Positions 1 to 9,559 of a stretch of 64,000 nt of DNA are shown in pieces (within the stretch, counting starts at the first letter, position 1; each line of letters opens with the position of its first letter). The translations under genes and the position numbers were made by a program. Source of the DNA: an uncultured Acidimicrobiales bacterium (GTDB lineage Bacteria; Actinomycetota; Acidimicrobiia; Acidimicrobiales; SZUA-35); the NCBI GenBank assembly GCA_963775125.1, contig CAVZHQ010000007.1, forward strand, positions 278,412-342,411, read 5' to 3'. Under the pieces are notes generated by a model. It was not told the origin of the DNA, searched no databases, and saw nothing but the letters and a program-made list of their open reading frames with translations.

Positions 1-81
1 CGAATGGCCGCGTTCAACGAGTCGGTGACGCAGGCGAGCACGTGGCGGGAACGACTGGCCGAGCGTCCGCTCGCCGACTGA
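1..81 (+). CDS. 3' end of a gene entering from the left edge (unknown product)
   Basis: Frame 1 reads RMAAFNESVTQASTWRERLAERPLAD then TGA at 79-81, directly before the next GTG. Confidence 0.5.
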   Translation, partial: RMAAFNESVTQASTWRERLAERPLAD

Positions 82-83
82 CC

Positions 84-900
84 GTGTTGAAGCCGGCGGA
101 GATCAGCGAGCTCATTGCTGCGGATCAGGCGCGCCTCGGCCCGATGAGGTTCAGTCCGCTTCGAACATGGTTCACGGTGCTCTCGAACCGTCTGGCGATA
201 CTCGAAGGCGTCGACCCGGGCGATCTCGAGCTCGATGCCTGTGACTTGCCAACCGAGTCGGTCGACGACTGCGACGATTGGGCCTGGCTCTCCCAGATGG
301 TCGACCGTGTGCGAAGCCAACTCGTCGACCAGGAGCGCTCGGTTGCGGATGAACGGCCATTGAGCGAATGTTGGGTCGGGCGCGGCTGGCTCCAGGCTTC
401 GGGATTCGGACTGGTCGGGAGGCGCACGATCCTCATCCGCTTCATCAACGCTGCCGACGCCGCGGACCAGATCGTTGTCGAGGAATCCTGGTGGTGCGGG
501 CCCTCGGCCGGGTGGGCCGCGCGTGCCCGTCAGCGCCATCGTGAGAACCGCCGATCCGGCACGAGTCCGCCGGAGAGTCGCCGAGCTCGTCGCTCGGCGG
601 GCCCCGCCGGCGGGAGCATCGAGGTGGCTGCTCGAAGAGGTCGTTCAGCTGGCCGCCGCGGACAAGGGCGTCGGATTGACGCCCGAACGGATGGGCGGGT
701 TGGTGCATTTGTCGCACGGCGCCGTGCGGGCCGCCGAAGCCGACCAGATCCTGCTCGGTCGCCTACCGCGGCGGCTGCCACTGGGGGTCGAGCGTCGAAG
801 GCGAGTTCGGTCCCGACAGGTGGCCGTCGTGAGCTGGCGCCCCGACGAGCGAGCGCGATGCCTCAAATCAGCAGCACACGAGTCCGATGTCGGGGCCGGG
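84..900 (+). CDS. Hypothetical protein, probably frameshifted near 500-530; 3' end approximate
   Basis: Protein-like VLKPAEISELIAADQ...IVVEESWW in the 42..2867 frame becomes Arg-rich nonsense after about 520, while the 475..990 frame becomes protein-like (VSAIVRTADPARVRRRVAELV...LLEEVVQLAAADKG). Confidence 0.45.
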
Positions 901-929
901 CGAAGGTGGAGGCCGATAGCCTCCGACCC

Positions 930-2867
930 GTGCTGTCGGTTTCAGGTCTCAAGAAATCTCACGGATCCCGACTGCTCTTCGAGAACGTGACCCTTCGCCT
1001 GGTCAACGGTCGTCGCATGGCGCTCGTCGGTGGCAACGGTGTGGGAAAGACCACCCTGCTCGAGATCATCGTCGGGTTGTCGCCGGCCGACGAGGGCGAC
1101 GTGTCCCGTCCCAAGGACACCCGGATCGGTTACCTCCCGCAGGAACTCACCGAGATGTGGCAAGGCTCGGTGATCGAGGAGGTGCTCCGTGGCGCAGACC
1201 ACATCTTGGGCATCGAGACCGAACTGCGTGAGCTCGAAACCCTGATTGCGTCGACCGAGGGCGAAGAACACGATCGCGCCCTCGTCACCTACGGAGAACG
1301 GCAGACACAGTTCGAGCAGCTCGGCGGCTACCACATCGAGTCCGAGGCCCGTCGCATCCTCGGTGGCCTGGGGTTCACCGCGGCCGACATGGACCGTCCG
1401 CTGGCGGAAATGTCGGGCGGCTGGCAGATGCGTGCCGCCTTGGCCCGCCTGCTCCTGCAACGACCAGACGTCCTCGTGCTCGACGAGCCCACCAACCATC
1501 TCGACGTCGACAGCGTCCTCTGGCTCGAACAGCAGCTGCTGGCCTGGCCGGGCGCGCTGCTGTTCGTGTCCCACGATCGCGACTTCATCGACGGGGTCGC
1601 GGACCGGGTGGTCGAGTTGGCGTGGAACACCGCCACCGAATACGTCGGGGGATTCGCCGAGTTCATCGTCCAGCGCGAGGAGCGAATCCGGGCTGCGGAA
1701 GCGGCGGCGGCCAATCAGGCGCGCAAGGTGGCCCAAGTCGAACAGTTCATCGAGCGGTTCCGGTACAAGGCAACCAAGGCCCGCCAGGTGCAGTCACGTA
1801 TCAAGACGCTGGAGAAGCTCGAACTGATCGAAACTCCGCAGATCGCCGAGCTGAAGGTGCGATTCGGGTTCCCCGAGCCGCGGCGGTCGGCGAGGGTCGT
1901 GGTCGAGATCGATCATGCGGATATCGGCTACCCGGACGGAACGCCGGTCGTGACCGACGTGAACCTGATCGTGGAACGGGGCGACAAGATCGCGTTGGTC
2001 GGACCGAACGGCGCCGGCAAGTCGACGGTCCTCAAGGCCATCCTCGGTCAGCTCCAGCCATCGTCGGGCACCGTCAAGCTGGGGGCCAACGTCGACATCG
2101 CCTACTTTGCCCAGCACCAGGTGGACGCGTTGGACCTGTCGAAGACCGTCGAGCAGGAGTTCCGGCACTCGGTCGGCGATCAGCCCAAGAACCGCAACCT
2201 GCGCACCGTCCTCGGCTCCTTCGGATTCTCCGGCGATGCGGTCGATCGGCGGGTCGGCAATCTTTCCGGTGGCGAGCGAACGCGGCTGGCGCTGGCCGAG
2301 ACCATGTGCAATCCGGTCAATCTCCTGGTGCTCGACGAGCCGACGAATCACCTCGATCTGCCGAGCTGCGACGTGTTGGAAGACGCGCTCGAGGTGTATC
2401 CGGGGACGGTCATCCTGGTGAGCCACGACCGGCATCTGATCCGCAACACCGTGAGCGCCCTCGTCGAGGTACGCGACGGCAAGGTCACCCAGTACCGCGA
2501 CGTCGAAGAACACATCCTGGCCCCCGCCGGTGACGTGGCGGGCGGAGCGATTCGGGGCTCGTCGTCCCGCACCAATCCGACGGAGTCCAAGGGTCAGCAA
2601 CGCAAGGCCGAGAAGCGAGCCGAAGCCGAGGCTCGGAACGACAAGAGCCGTTCGACCCGGGACCAGCAACGCAACCTGGCCCGCTTGGAACGACAGGCGC
2701 AGCGAGCCGAGGAGGTCGTCACGGGCCTTGCCGCTCAGCTGGCCGATCCTGCCATCTACGAGGACAAGACCAAACTGCACCAGGTCCTCGGCGCGCATAC
2801 CCTGGCCCAGAAGAAGGCCATCGCGTTGTTCGCCGAATGGGAGTCCGCTGCGCTCGAACTCGAGTAG
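930..2867 (+). CDS. ABC-F family ATP-binding protein (Uup/YheS-like)
   Basis: GTG at 930. Two Walker A motifs (GGNGVGKT, GPNGAGKS), signatures MSGGW and LSGGE, two LDEPTNHLD motifs, no TM segments, C-terminal coiled coil. Confidence 0.93.
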   Translation: MLSVSGLKKSHGSRLLFENVTLRLVNGRRMALVGGNGVGKTTLLEIIVGLSPADEGDVSRPKDTRIGYLPQELTEMWQGSVIEEVLRGADHILGIETELRELETLIASTEGEEHDRALVTYGERQTQFEQLGGYHIESEARRILGGLGFTAADMDRPLAEMSGGWQMRAALARLLLQRPDVLVLDEPTNHLDVDSVLWLEQQLLAWPGALLFVSHDRDFIDGVADRVVELAWNTATEYVGGFAEFIVQREERIRAAEAAAANQARKVAQVEQFIERFRYKATKARQVQSRIKTLEKLELIETPQIAELKVRFGFPEPRRSARVVVEIDHADIGYPDGTPVVTDVNLIVERGDKIALVGPNGAGKSTVLKAILGQLQPSSGTVKLGANVDIAYFAQHQVDALDLSKTVEQEFRHSVGDQPKNRNLRTVLGSFGFSGDAVDRRVGNLSGGERTRLALAETMCNPVNLLVLDEPTNHLDLPSCDVLEDALEVYPGTVILVSHDRHLIRNTVSALVEVRDGKVTQYRDVEEHILAPAGDVAGGAIRGSSSRTNPTESKGQQRKAEKRAEAEARNDKSRSTRDQQRNLARLERQAQRAEEVVTGLAAQLADPAIYEDKTKLHQVLGAHTLAQKKAIALFAEWESAALELE

Positions 2868-2894
2868 ACGCGTCCGGGTTCCTGCGAGCTCGGC

Positions 2895-5429
2895 TCAGCG
2901 ATCGAGGTTGATCGCGTTGTTGATCAGACCGAGGTGGCTGTAGGCCTGCGGTAGGTTGCCGAGGCAGCGACCGTCGACCGGGTCGAACTCCTCGGCCATG
3001 AGGCCGGTGGCTCCCACCTGGCTGCACAACTGATGGAAGAGCACGAGCGCTTCCTCGGTTCGCCCGACCAGCGCGAGCGAGTCGATGAGCCACGAGGTCA
3101 TCAGGTTGAACCCGCCCTCGCGGCCGGGCAAGCCGTCGTCTTCGAGATACCGGTACACCGTCGGGCCGTTGCGGAGATCGCGCTCGACGGCCGCCACCGT
3201 GGAGACGAATCGGTCGTCGTCGGGAGGTAGCAGTCCCCAGAGCCCGATGGCGAGAACCGACGCATCCAGATCGTCACTGCCGTACGCCGCGGTGAACGTT
3301 CCACGCTGATCGTTCCAGCCGTTGCTCAGGATGTCGCGAGAGATTCGTGCGCGGAGTTCGGTCCACGCTGCGGGCTCCCGGTCGAGGAATCCCTCGGCGA
3401 TCGCGATGGCCCGGTCGACGGTGACCCAGCACATGATCTTGGAGTAGAGGTGGTGGCGGGGCGGCTTGCGGATCTCCCAGATCCCGTGATCGGGTTCGTT
3501 CCAACGTCGGGAAACCGCGAGCACCATCGACTCGACCAGCCGCCAGTGCTCGGCCGACAGGGCTTCTCCCCGCTGGAGCAACAGATGGACCAGGTCGACC
3601 ACGGGGCCGAATACGTCCAGCTGGACCTGTCCGTCCGCGGCGTTGCCCACGCGCACGGGCCGGGACCCGCCGTAGCCGGCAAGTTCGCTGATGTCGGCCT
3701 CGGGGGGCAGGTGGCGGCCGGTGACGTTGTAGAGCGGAGCCAGACGTTCGGGGTCGGTGCGGGTCTCGAGCAGGCCCAGCACCCAATCGAGGTACGCCAT
3801 GGCCTCAGCGTGGGAGCCGAGCCGGACGAGGGCGGACGCACTGAACGCGGCATCGCGAAGCCAGCAGTAGCGGTAATCCCAGTTCCGAACACCGCCGAGA
3901 TGTTCGGGGAGGCTGGTCGTGGCCGCCGCCACGATGGCTCCCGTCGGTCCGTGGCACAAGCTCTTCAGGACGAGCGCACTGCGTCCCACGAGGTCTCGGC
4001 GAAGCACCGGCAGCGCCAGACGGTCGGACCAGTTCCGCCAGTATCGCTCGGTATCGTCCCGGCGGTCGGGCTCGGGCCGGGCGTCGGCCCGGAGGGTTCC
4101 GGTGCCGCTCCGGAATTCGAGCACCACTGGCTCGCGGTCGAGGTCGACGACGGCACGGGCCAGTTCGTGGTTGCCGTCGCTGACGATCTCCCAAGCCACG
4201 CCAGTGGAACGCAGGACCAGGAGATCGGAAGTTCCGAGCACGACGATCCCTTCGTCGCGCCGTTCGAGTCGGGTAGGCACGCGACCGAAATCGAGGCGAG
4301 GTGCGAACTCGATGGACGCTCGACCGTTGCCCTCGACGACGCGAATCAGGTCGGAGCGGCCGGCCATGCGGCGGGTTCGGCCACTGGACACGTCGAGGTA
4401 GTCCGACACCGTGAACTGGGCGAAGCGGGTCTCGAGCACCATCGACCCGGCCCGGTACCGCTGTTCGATGGGGGGGCCTCCGCCTTCGGGTGCGACCGAG
4501 AAATAGCCGGCCGATGGCCCGCCGAGCAGCTCGGCGAACACGGCGGTCGAGTCGATTCGCGGCGCGCACATCCAGGTGATCCGGCCGGTGGGCGTGACGA
4601 TGGCCGCGGTGCGAAGATCCGACAGGATCGAGTGATCCTGGATCGGGACCAGCCCGGAACCGCGGAGCCACTCGGCCCGGAGTTCGCCGAGGAGGGCAAG
4701 GATCTTGGCGACGGTGTCGGTGTCCCGCACCCGGAAGCCCGCGCTGGTCTGGCCGTCACCCACCTTGACGCCGATGTCGGGGCCGGCCAAGGTCCGGAAC
4801 GCGTCCTCGTCGGTGACGTCGTCGCCGATGAAGACCACAGCAGAAGCGCCGACCTGGGCGCGGATGGTGGCGAGCGCCGAGCCCTTGTTGGTCTCGATCA
4901 CCGACATCTCGACGATGTCGTGCCCATTGCGAGTGTGAATGTGATCCCAGCTCGCCGGGCCGCGAACCAGGTCTTCCCGCGCCGCCTCCTGGGCCTGAGC
5001 GTCGAGTGTGCGCAAATGGAAGGTGACGCCGGTCGGTTTCTCCTCGACCAACGCGCCGTAGGTGCGGCCGAGTTCCTGGACGGCCAGGGTGATCTCTCGG
5101 CGGCGATGGGTGAGTTCGGGGGTGAGCTGAGACGCGAAGCCGAGATCGAACTCGCTGCCGTGGCTTCCGACCAGTCGAACCTCTTCGGGAAATCTCGAGA
5201 GCGTCGCCAGATCTCGCAGACTGCGCCCCGAGATGACGGCGACATGGGTGTTGGCCAGCTCGGCCAGGCTTCGAATGGCGGCGACCGAGTCACGGTTGGG
5301 GAAGGCTTGCATGGGATCATCGACCAAGGGGGCCATGGTGCCGTCGTAATCGCAGGCCACCAGCAGCGATGGAACCCGTGCGAGCTGACGAATCCGGTCC
5401 CCGAGATCGGCGAGGCTGTCACTGGTCAT
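2895..5429 (-). CDS. otsB: Trehalose-6-phosphate phosphatase (HAD) fused to glycoside hydrolase family 15 (trehalase-like)
   Basis: N-terminal DYDGT, ISGRS and FIGDDVTDEDAF HAD motifs. C-terminal GH15 motifs AAATTSLPE, RNWDYRYCWLRD, DHGIWEIR, LMAEE and GNLPQAYSH. Confidence 0.92.
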   Translation of the reverse strand: MTSDSLADLGDRIRQLARVPSLLVACDYDGTMAPLVDDPMQAFPNRDSVAAIRSLAELANTHVAVISGRSLRDLATLSRFPEEVRLVGSHGSEFDLGFASQLTPELTHRRREITLAVQELGRTYGALVEEKPTGVTFHLRTLDAQAQEAAREDLVRGPASWDHIHTRNGHDIVEMSVIETNKGSALATIRAQVGASAVVFIGDDVTDEDAFRTLAGPDIGVKVGDGQTSAGFRVRDTDTVAKILALLGELRAEWLRGSGLVPIQDHSILSDLRTAAIVTPTGRITWMCAPRIDSTAVFAELLGGPSAGYFSVAPEGGGPPIEQRYRAGSMVLETRFAQFTVSDYLDVSSGRTRRMAGRSDLIRVVEGNGRASIEFAPRLDFGRVPTRLERRDEGIVVLGTSDLLVLRSTGVAWEIVSDGNHELARAVVDLDREPVVLEFRSGTGTLRADARPEPDRRDDTERYWRNWSDRLALPVLRRDLVGRSALVLKSLCHGPTGAIVAAATTSLPEHLGGVRNWDYRYCWLRDAAFSASALVRLGSHAEAMAYLDWVLGLLETRTDPERLAPLYNVTGRHLPPEADISELAGYGGSRPVRVGNAADGQVQLDVFGPVVDLVHLLLQRGEALSAEHWRLVESMVLAVSRRWNEPDHGIWEIRKPPRHHLYSKIMCWVTVDRAIAIAEGFLDREPAAWTELRARISRDILSNGWNDQRGTFTAAYGSDDLDASVLAIGLWGLLPPDDDRFVSTVAAVERDLRNGPTVYRYLEDDGLPGREGGFNLMTSWLIDSLALVGRTEEALVLFHQLCSQVGATGLMAEEFDPVDGRCLGNLPQAYSHLGLINNAINLDR

Positions 5430-5667
5430 GCTGCTCCGGAGGTTCGATCGGACGGGACCCGGCGCGCGAGGGTCCGGTGGGGAGGTGCACAGCTCATGGT
5501 CACCAAAACCTACCGTCCAGGTCGCTCATCGCCGGGCATCTCGGCAAGGGAGCGGCGAACGACACACCTGTACGCCCAAGGGGCCTGCCTCCTCGCAGCA
5601 CGTGATGGGTTCTACCATCAGGGGGTCCACGGATCGTTCGACCGTGATCCAGAGATGCCGAGCTTGG

Positions 5668-7150
5668 ATGAGCCTGCCACCAGTACCCGAAACTCCGCCG
5701 CCGTCGCATCCGCCGCTTCCGGCGAACTCGTATCAGGGTCCCCCGGTCGCGCCGCCGGGCTGGGGTTCGGGTCCCTCTGCTCCGGCCGCCGACCCGTTCC
5801 GTTCGGGCGGTCCCGCCAACGACCTGTGGCCCCAGCCTCCGCAGACACCCCAGCCCAAGCGCGGCGAAGGCCTGCTGTTGGCCGGATTGGCCGTTCTGGC
5901 CGCGCTTCTGGTCGTCGGCGGCGTTCTGGCCTTCAGCGCATTACGGGACGGTGACGACACCGTCGAGGCAAGCGGCACGCCCGCTAAGCGAACCACCGTC
6001 AACGCTCGCCGAACCGACCGAAACCACCCCACCGGCCGCCGAGACCCCCACCACGGAACTCGACCCCGACGCATCCGTTCCATCGGGGTCCGTGCCGCCC
6101 GAGGGTGAACACGTTGCCTGCCCAGCCGAGGTCTCCGAAGCCATCTGCGAGGCCGCAGAGTTCGTCGAGTCGTTCCGAGGGAGGCCGTTCAAGACGTTCC
6201 CGACGGTCCAACTGGTCGACGACGAGGCGTTCGGGGATCGGCTGCTCCGAGACTTCGACGAGGATCTGCCGGACATCGAGATCACGACGCAGATCTGGCG
6301 CTCGCTCGGCTTCATCGAGCCCGATGACGACCTGGCCGAGATCCTGGCCACCAGCTGGGAGATCGGGACCGTGGGTGCCTATTTCACCGACACCAAGGAG
6401 TTGTACGTCCAGGGCGACGAACTGGATCTGTACGCCCAGATGGTGGTGGTCCACGAGCTCACCCACGCCCACGACGACCAGTGGCTCGACCTCGACCGAC
6501 CCGAGTACGACGACGCCACCGACGAGATCGGTTACGGCTTCTCTGCGGTCGTCGAAGGCAACGCCCAGCGGGTCGAGTCGGCCTGGCGTGCCGAACTCAG
6601 CGCCGCCCAGCAGGAAGAACTGGCGGGACTCGAAGCCGGCGTACTCAGTCCCGAGGACATCGAGATCTACACCTCACTCCCGAAGATGTTGTTGTTACTT
6701 CAGATTTCGCCGTACCTCGATGGCCGGAAGCTGGTCGACCACATTGCCGGAGCGGGCGGCGAGGAGGCCGTCGATGCTGCGCTGGAGGCACCGCCGGCCA
6801 CCAGTGAACAAGTGCTGCACCCCGAACGCTTCGGAGTCGAGGGCGCCATCGACGTACCGGTGCCCTCGACCGACGGGGCCGAGGTCCTCGAACAGGGCAT
6901 GGTCGGCGAGCTTGCGTTCAATCTGTGGCTCGGCGAACTGGCAGGAGCCGGGTGGGGCGGCGACCAGTACGTGAGCTGGCGGACCGCTGGCACGGCCTGT
7001 ACCCGTATCGATGTCACCGGCGACTCCACACGCGATGCCGACGAGCTGATGAAAGCGGCCGATGCCTGGGCCGGCCGAGGCGCCGATCGCACGGTCGAAC
7101 GCGTCACCGAGGGCGGACTCGACCTCGTCCGCATCACCGGCTGCTACTGA
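5668..7150 (+). CDS. Membrane-anchored putative Zn metallopeptidase (Pro-rich N-terminus, TM helix, HEXXH); frameshift near 5975
   Basis: MSLPPVP..., TM segment GLLLAGLAVLAALLVVGGVLAFS, then continues in the 5951..7150 frame with VVVHELTHAHDDQ, AVVEGNA and PPATSEQVLHPERF. Confidence 0.7.
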
Positions 7151-7180
7151 CCTCGCTCCCAACCCCCCCCAACCCCCGAA

Positions 7181-7226
7181 ATTTGTAGGGTTTGCCACGT
7201 CAGACGTGGCTAACGCTGCACAGAAT
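7181..7226. repeat. Imperfect palindrome (REP-like element or bidirectional terminator) between convergent genes
   Basis: Perfect core GCCACGTC-A-GACGTGGC at 7194-7210 with imperfectly pairing flanks. Confidence 0.65.
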
Positions 7227-7227
7227 G

Positions 7228-7269
7228 TTCAAGGGCGGACGGTGACCGTTCAGGGGCGGACGGTGACCG
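7228..7269. repeat. 21-bp tandem duplication covering the P450 stop codon
   Basis: TTCAAGGGCGGACGGTGACCG followed by TTCAGGGGCGGACGGTGACCG (1 mismatch). Confidence 0.9.
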
Positions 7270-8555
7270 GGCAGGACTGCAGCCCCCGGAGCACGAGCGA
7301 GTTCCGGTAGACCCGATCGCCGGCCTCGCTGATCGAGGAGAACCGGCGGATCAGGCTGCTGAACACGATCTCACCTTCGGCCCGAGCCAGGTTCGCCCCG
7401 AGGCAGTAGTGGATGCCGGAGCCGAAACTCATGACCGGCTCCGCCGCTCGATCGGAGGCGGCGTAACGTCGAATGTCGAACGTGTCCGGGTCGGTGAAAG
7501 TGCGCCGGGTCATGGTTCGCGGCACCGAGCAGCGTGATCACCCGGTCGCCGGGTTCGAAGTCCAGTCCGGCGAAGCGAACGGGTTCGAGACAGACTCGGG
7601 CATCGAGCTGAACGGGAGAGTCGAACCGCAGGATTTCCTCGACCGCGGCCGGGACCAACGAAGGATCTGCCCAGAGTGCGGCCAGCGCCTGAGGGTGGGA
7701 GAGCAGCTGGTTGGTGCCATTGCCGATGAGGTTGGTGGTTGTCTCGGCTCCCGCAGCGAACAGCAGCACCGACACGGCCAGGATCTCGTTCTCGGTGAGT
7801 CGATCATCGCCATCGGCCGCGGCGATGAGACCGGAAATGAGATCGTCTGCGGGGTGGACCCGTCGGGTGGCGATGAGCGCACGGAAGTAGTCGAACAGCA
7901 CCTCGTTCGCGGCCTCTGCCGCCTTCAGCTGCTCGAAGGTTGCGTTCGGTTCGAGCACCGCGACCAGCTCGGTGACATGGTCGCGGATCCGGGGCCAGTC
8001 GGTTGCGGGCACGCCGAGCATCTCGCTGATCACCGAGACAGGCAGTGGTTTGGCCACCAGCTCCATCAGGTCGCCGGTTCCCGCGTCGGCCAACTGGTCC
8101 AGGCAAGCGTCGACCAGCTCGGTGATCCGAGGCTTGAGCTTCTCGATCATGCGAGGCGTGAACGCTCGGCTCACCAGACTCCGCTGGCGGGTGTGGCTCG
8201 GCGGGTCGAGACCCAACATCGACAGCGTGCCCTCGTCGATTCGTCGGCTCTGGCGCTCTCGTCGAAAGGCCAACTCGGGCGAATCGGCGCCGCCGAAGGA
8301 GCTGTCGGGCATGCCGTCGCCTGCCCCGAACCGGTTGTCACGAAGCAGCGCCCGACAGTCGTCGTAGCGAGTGAGCAGCGCCCCGCCGAAGCCCGAGACA
8401 TGGACCGGTACCTCGTCCTGCAGTTGCCGGTACAGCGGGCTTGGTTGCGCGGTTCCCTCGGCCGTGAAGAAGATCCGGAGGAAGAGTTCGTCGCCTCGCT
8501 GTTGGCGAGCCGCCTGTTCTTCGGTTGGGGCAGGGTCGACGAAGCGGATCACCAT
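7250..8555 (-). CDS. Cytochrome P450; frameshift near 7497
   Basis: I-helix AAGAETTTNLI and EEILRFDSPVQ (ExxR). The heme motif FGSGIHYCLGA lies in the shifted 7250..7525 frame. Confidence 0.93.
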
Positions 8556-8656
8556 GGCCCCCAGCATGGCCGGGCGATGGGGTCCCGGCAAGGGCTACCA
8601 GCCCGGACCCGACGAACAGGCCTGACAGCACGACGGGTGTGATGGATACTGGGCCG

Positions 8657-9556
8657 ATGAAGATTCGGATCGGCTACGGCCTCGGCACACGAAGCGATAC
8701 CAACGACCAGGAGCGATTCGACGCGCTGATCGACGGTCTCGAGCGCCACGAGTTCGATTCGCTGTGGCTCTCGGAACGACTGACGAGCGATTGTCCCGAC
8801 CCCCTTGTCGGCATGGCCTACGCGTGCGGGCGGACCAAGAACTTGAAGGTCGGGATGTCGGTGATGGTGCTGCCGGGCCGCAATCCGGTCGTGCTGGCCA
8901 AGTCCTTGGCGAGCCTCGATCGCCTGTCCGCGGGTCGCGTGCTGCCGGCGTTCGGACTCGGTGTGGCCAACTCGGCCGAACACCAGGCGTTCGGTGTCGC
9001 CCGCAACGAACGCGGGGCGTGGTTCAACGAGGCGCTGCCGCTGATGCGGCGCCTCTGGGCCGAGGACAACGTGACCCACCACGGAACGCGCTTCAACATC
9101 GAGGACGTGACGGTGCGACCCAAGCCGGTCAAGGGACACCTCGATGTGTGGCTCGGCGGTCGGGCTCCCCTCGAGATGAAGCGGGTCGGGGTGCATGGGG
9201 ACGGTTGGCTCCCGTCCTTCTGCAGCCCGGCCGACGTCGAAACCGGCCGGGCCGAGATCGAGCGCATCGCCGCCGAACACGACCGTGCCATCGAGGACGA
9301 CCACTGGGGTGTCCTCATCAGCTACCGGGACGCGTCCGAAGCGATCCCCGAGCGAATGTTGACCCTCCTCGCCGACCGGAATCCCGAGGCCTCACCGGAA
9401 GACATCCTGCCGACCAAGGAGGACCTGCCGGCAGCGCTTCAGCGATTCATCGACGTCGGCTTCTCGAAGTTCGTGCTGATTCCGTCGACCGAACCCACCG
9501 ATTGGGAACCCGAACTGGCCCAGGTCGCCGCGATCGTCAAGCCCCTCGAGAACTGA
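8657..9556 (+). CDS. LLM-class flavin/F420-dependent oxidoreductase
   Basis: FDSLWLSER, LAKSLASLDRLSAGR, VTVRPKP, VWLGG and HGDGWLP: typical luciferase-like motifs. Confidence 0.88.
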   Translation: MKIRIGYGLGTRSDTNDQERFDALIDGLERHEFDSLWLSERLTSDCPDPLVGMAYACGRTKNLKVGMSVMVLPGRNPVVLAKSLASLDRLSAGRVLPAFGLGVANSAEHQAFGVARNERGAWFNEALPLMRRLWAEDNVTHHGTRFNIEDVTVRPKPVKGHLDVWLGGRAPLEMKRVGVHGDGWLPSFCSPADVETGRAEIERIAAEHDRAIEDDHWGVLISYRDASEAIPERMLTLLADRNPEASPEDILPTKEDLPAALQRFIDVGFSKFVLIPSTEPTDWEPELAQVAAIVKPLEN

Positions 9557-9559
9557 TCG

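Noticed and set aside
42-2867. 941-aa ABC-F with a novel N-terminal extension
   Set aside because: A frameshifted upstream gene runs into the ABC-F frame. The linker is Arg-rich nonsense and ABC-F has its own GTG at 930.
3450-5954. 834-aa plus-strand ORF
   Set aside because: Antisense shadow of the OtsB-GH15 gene, typical of high-GC DNA; it has no motifs.
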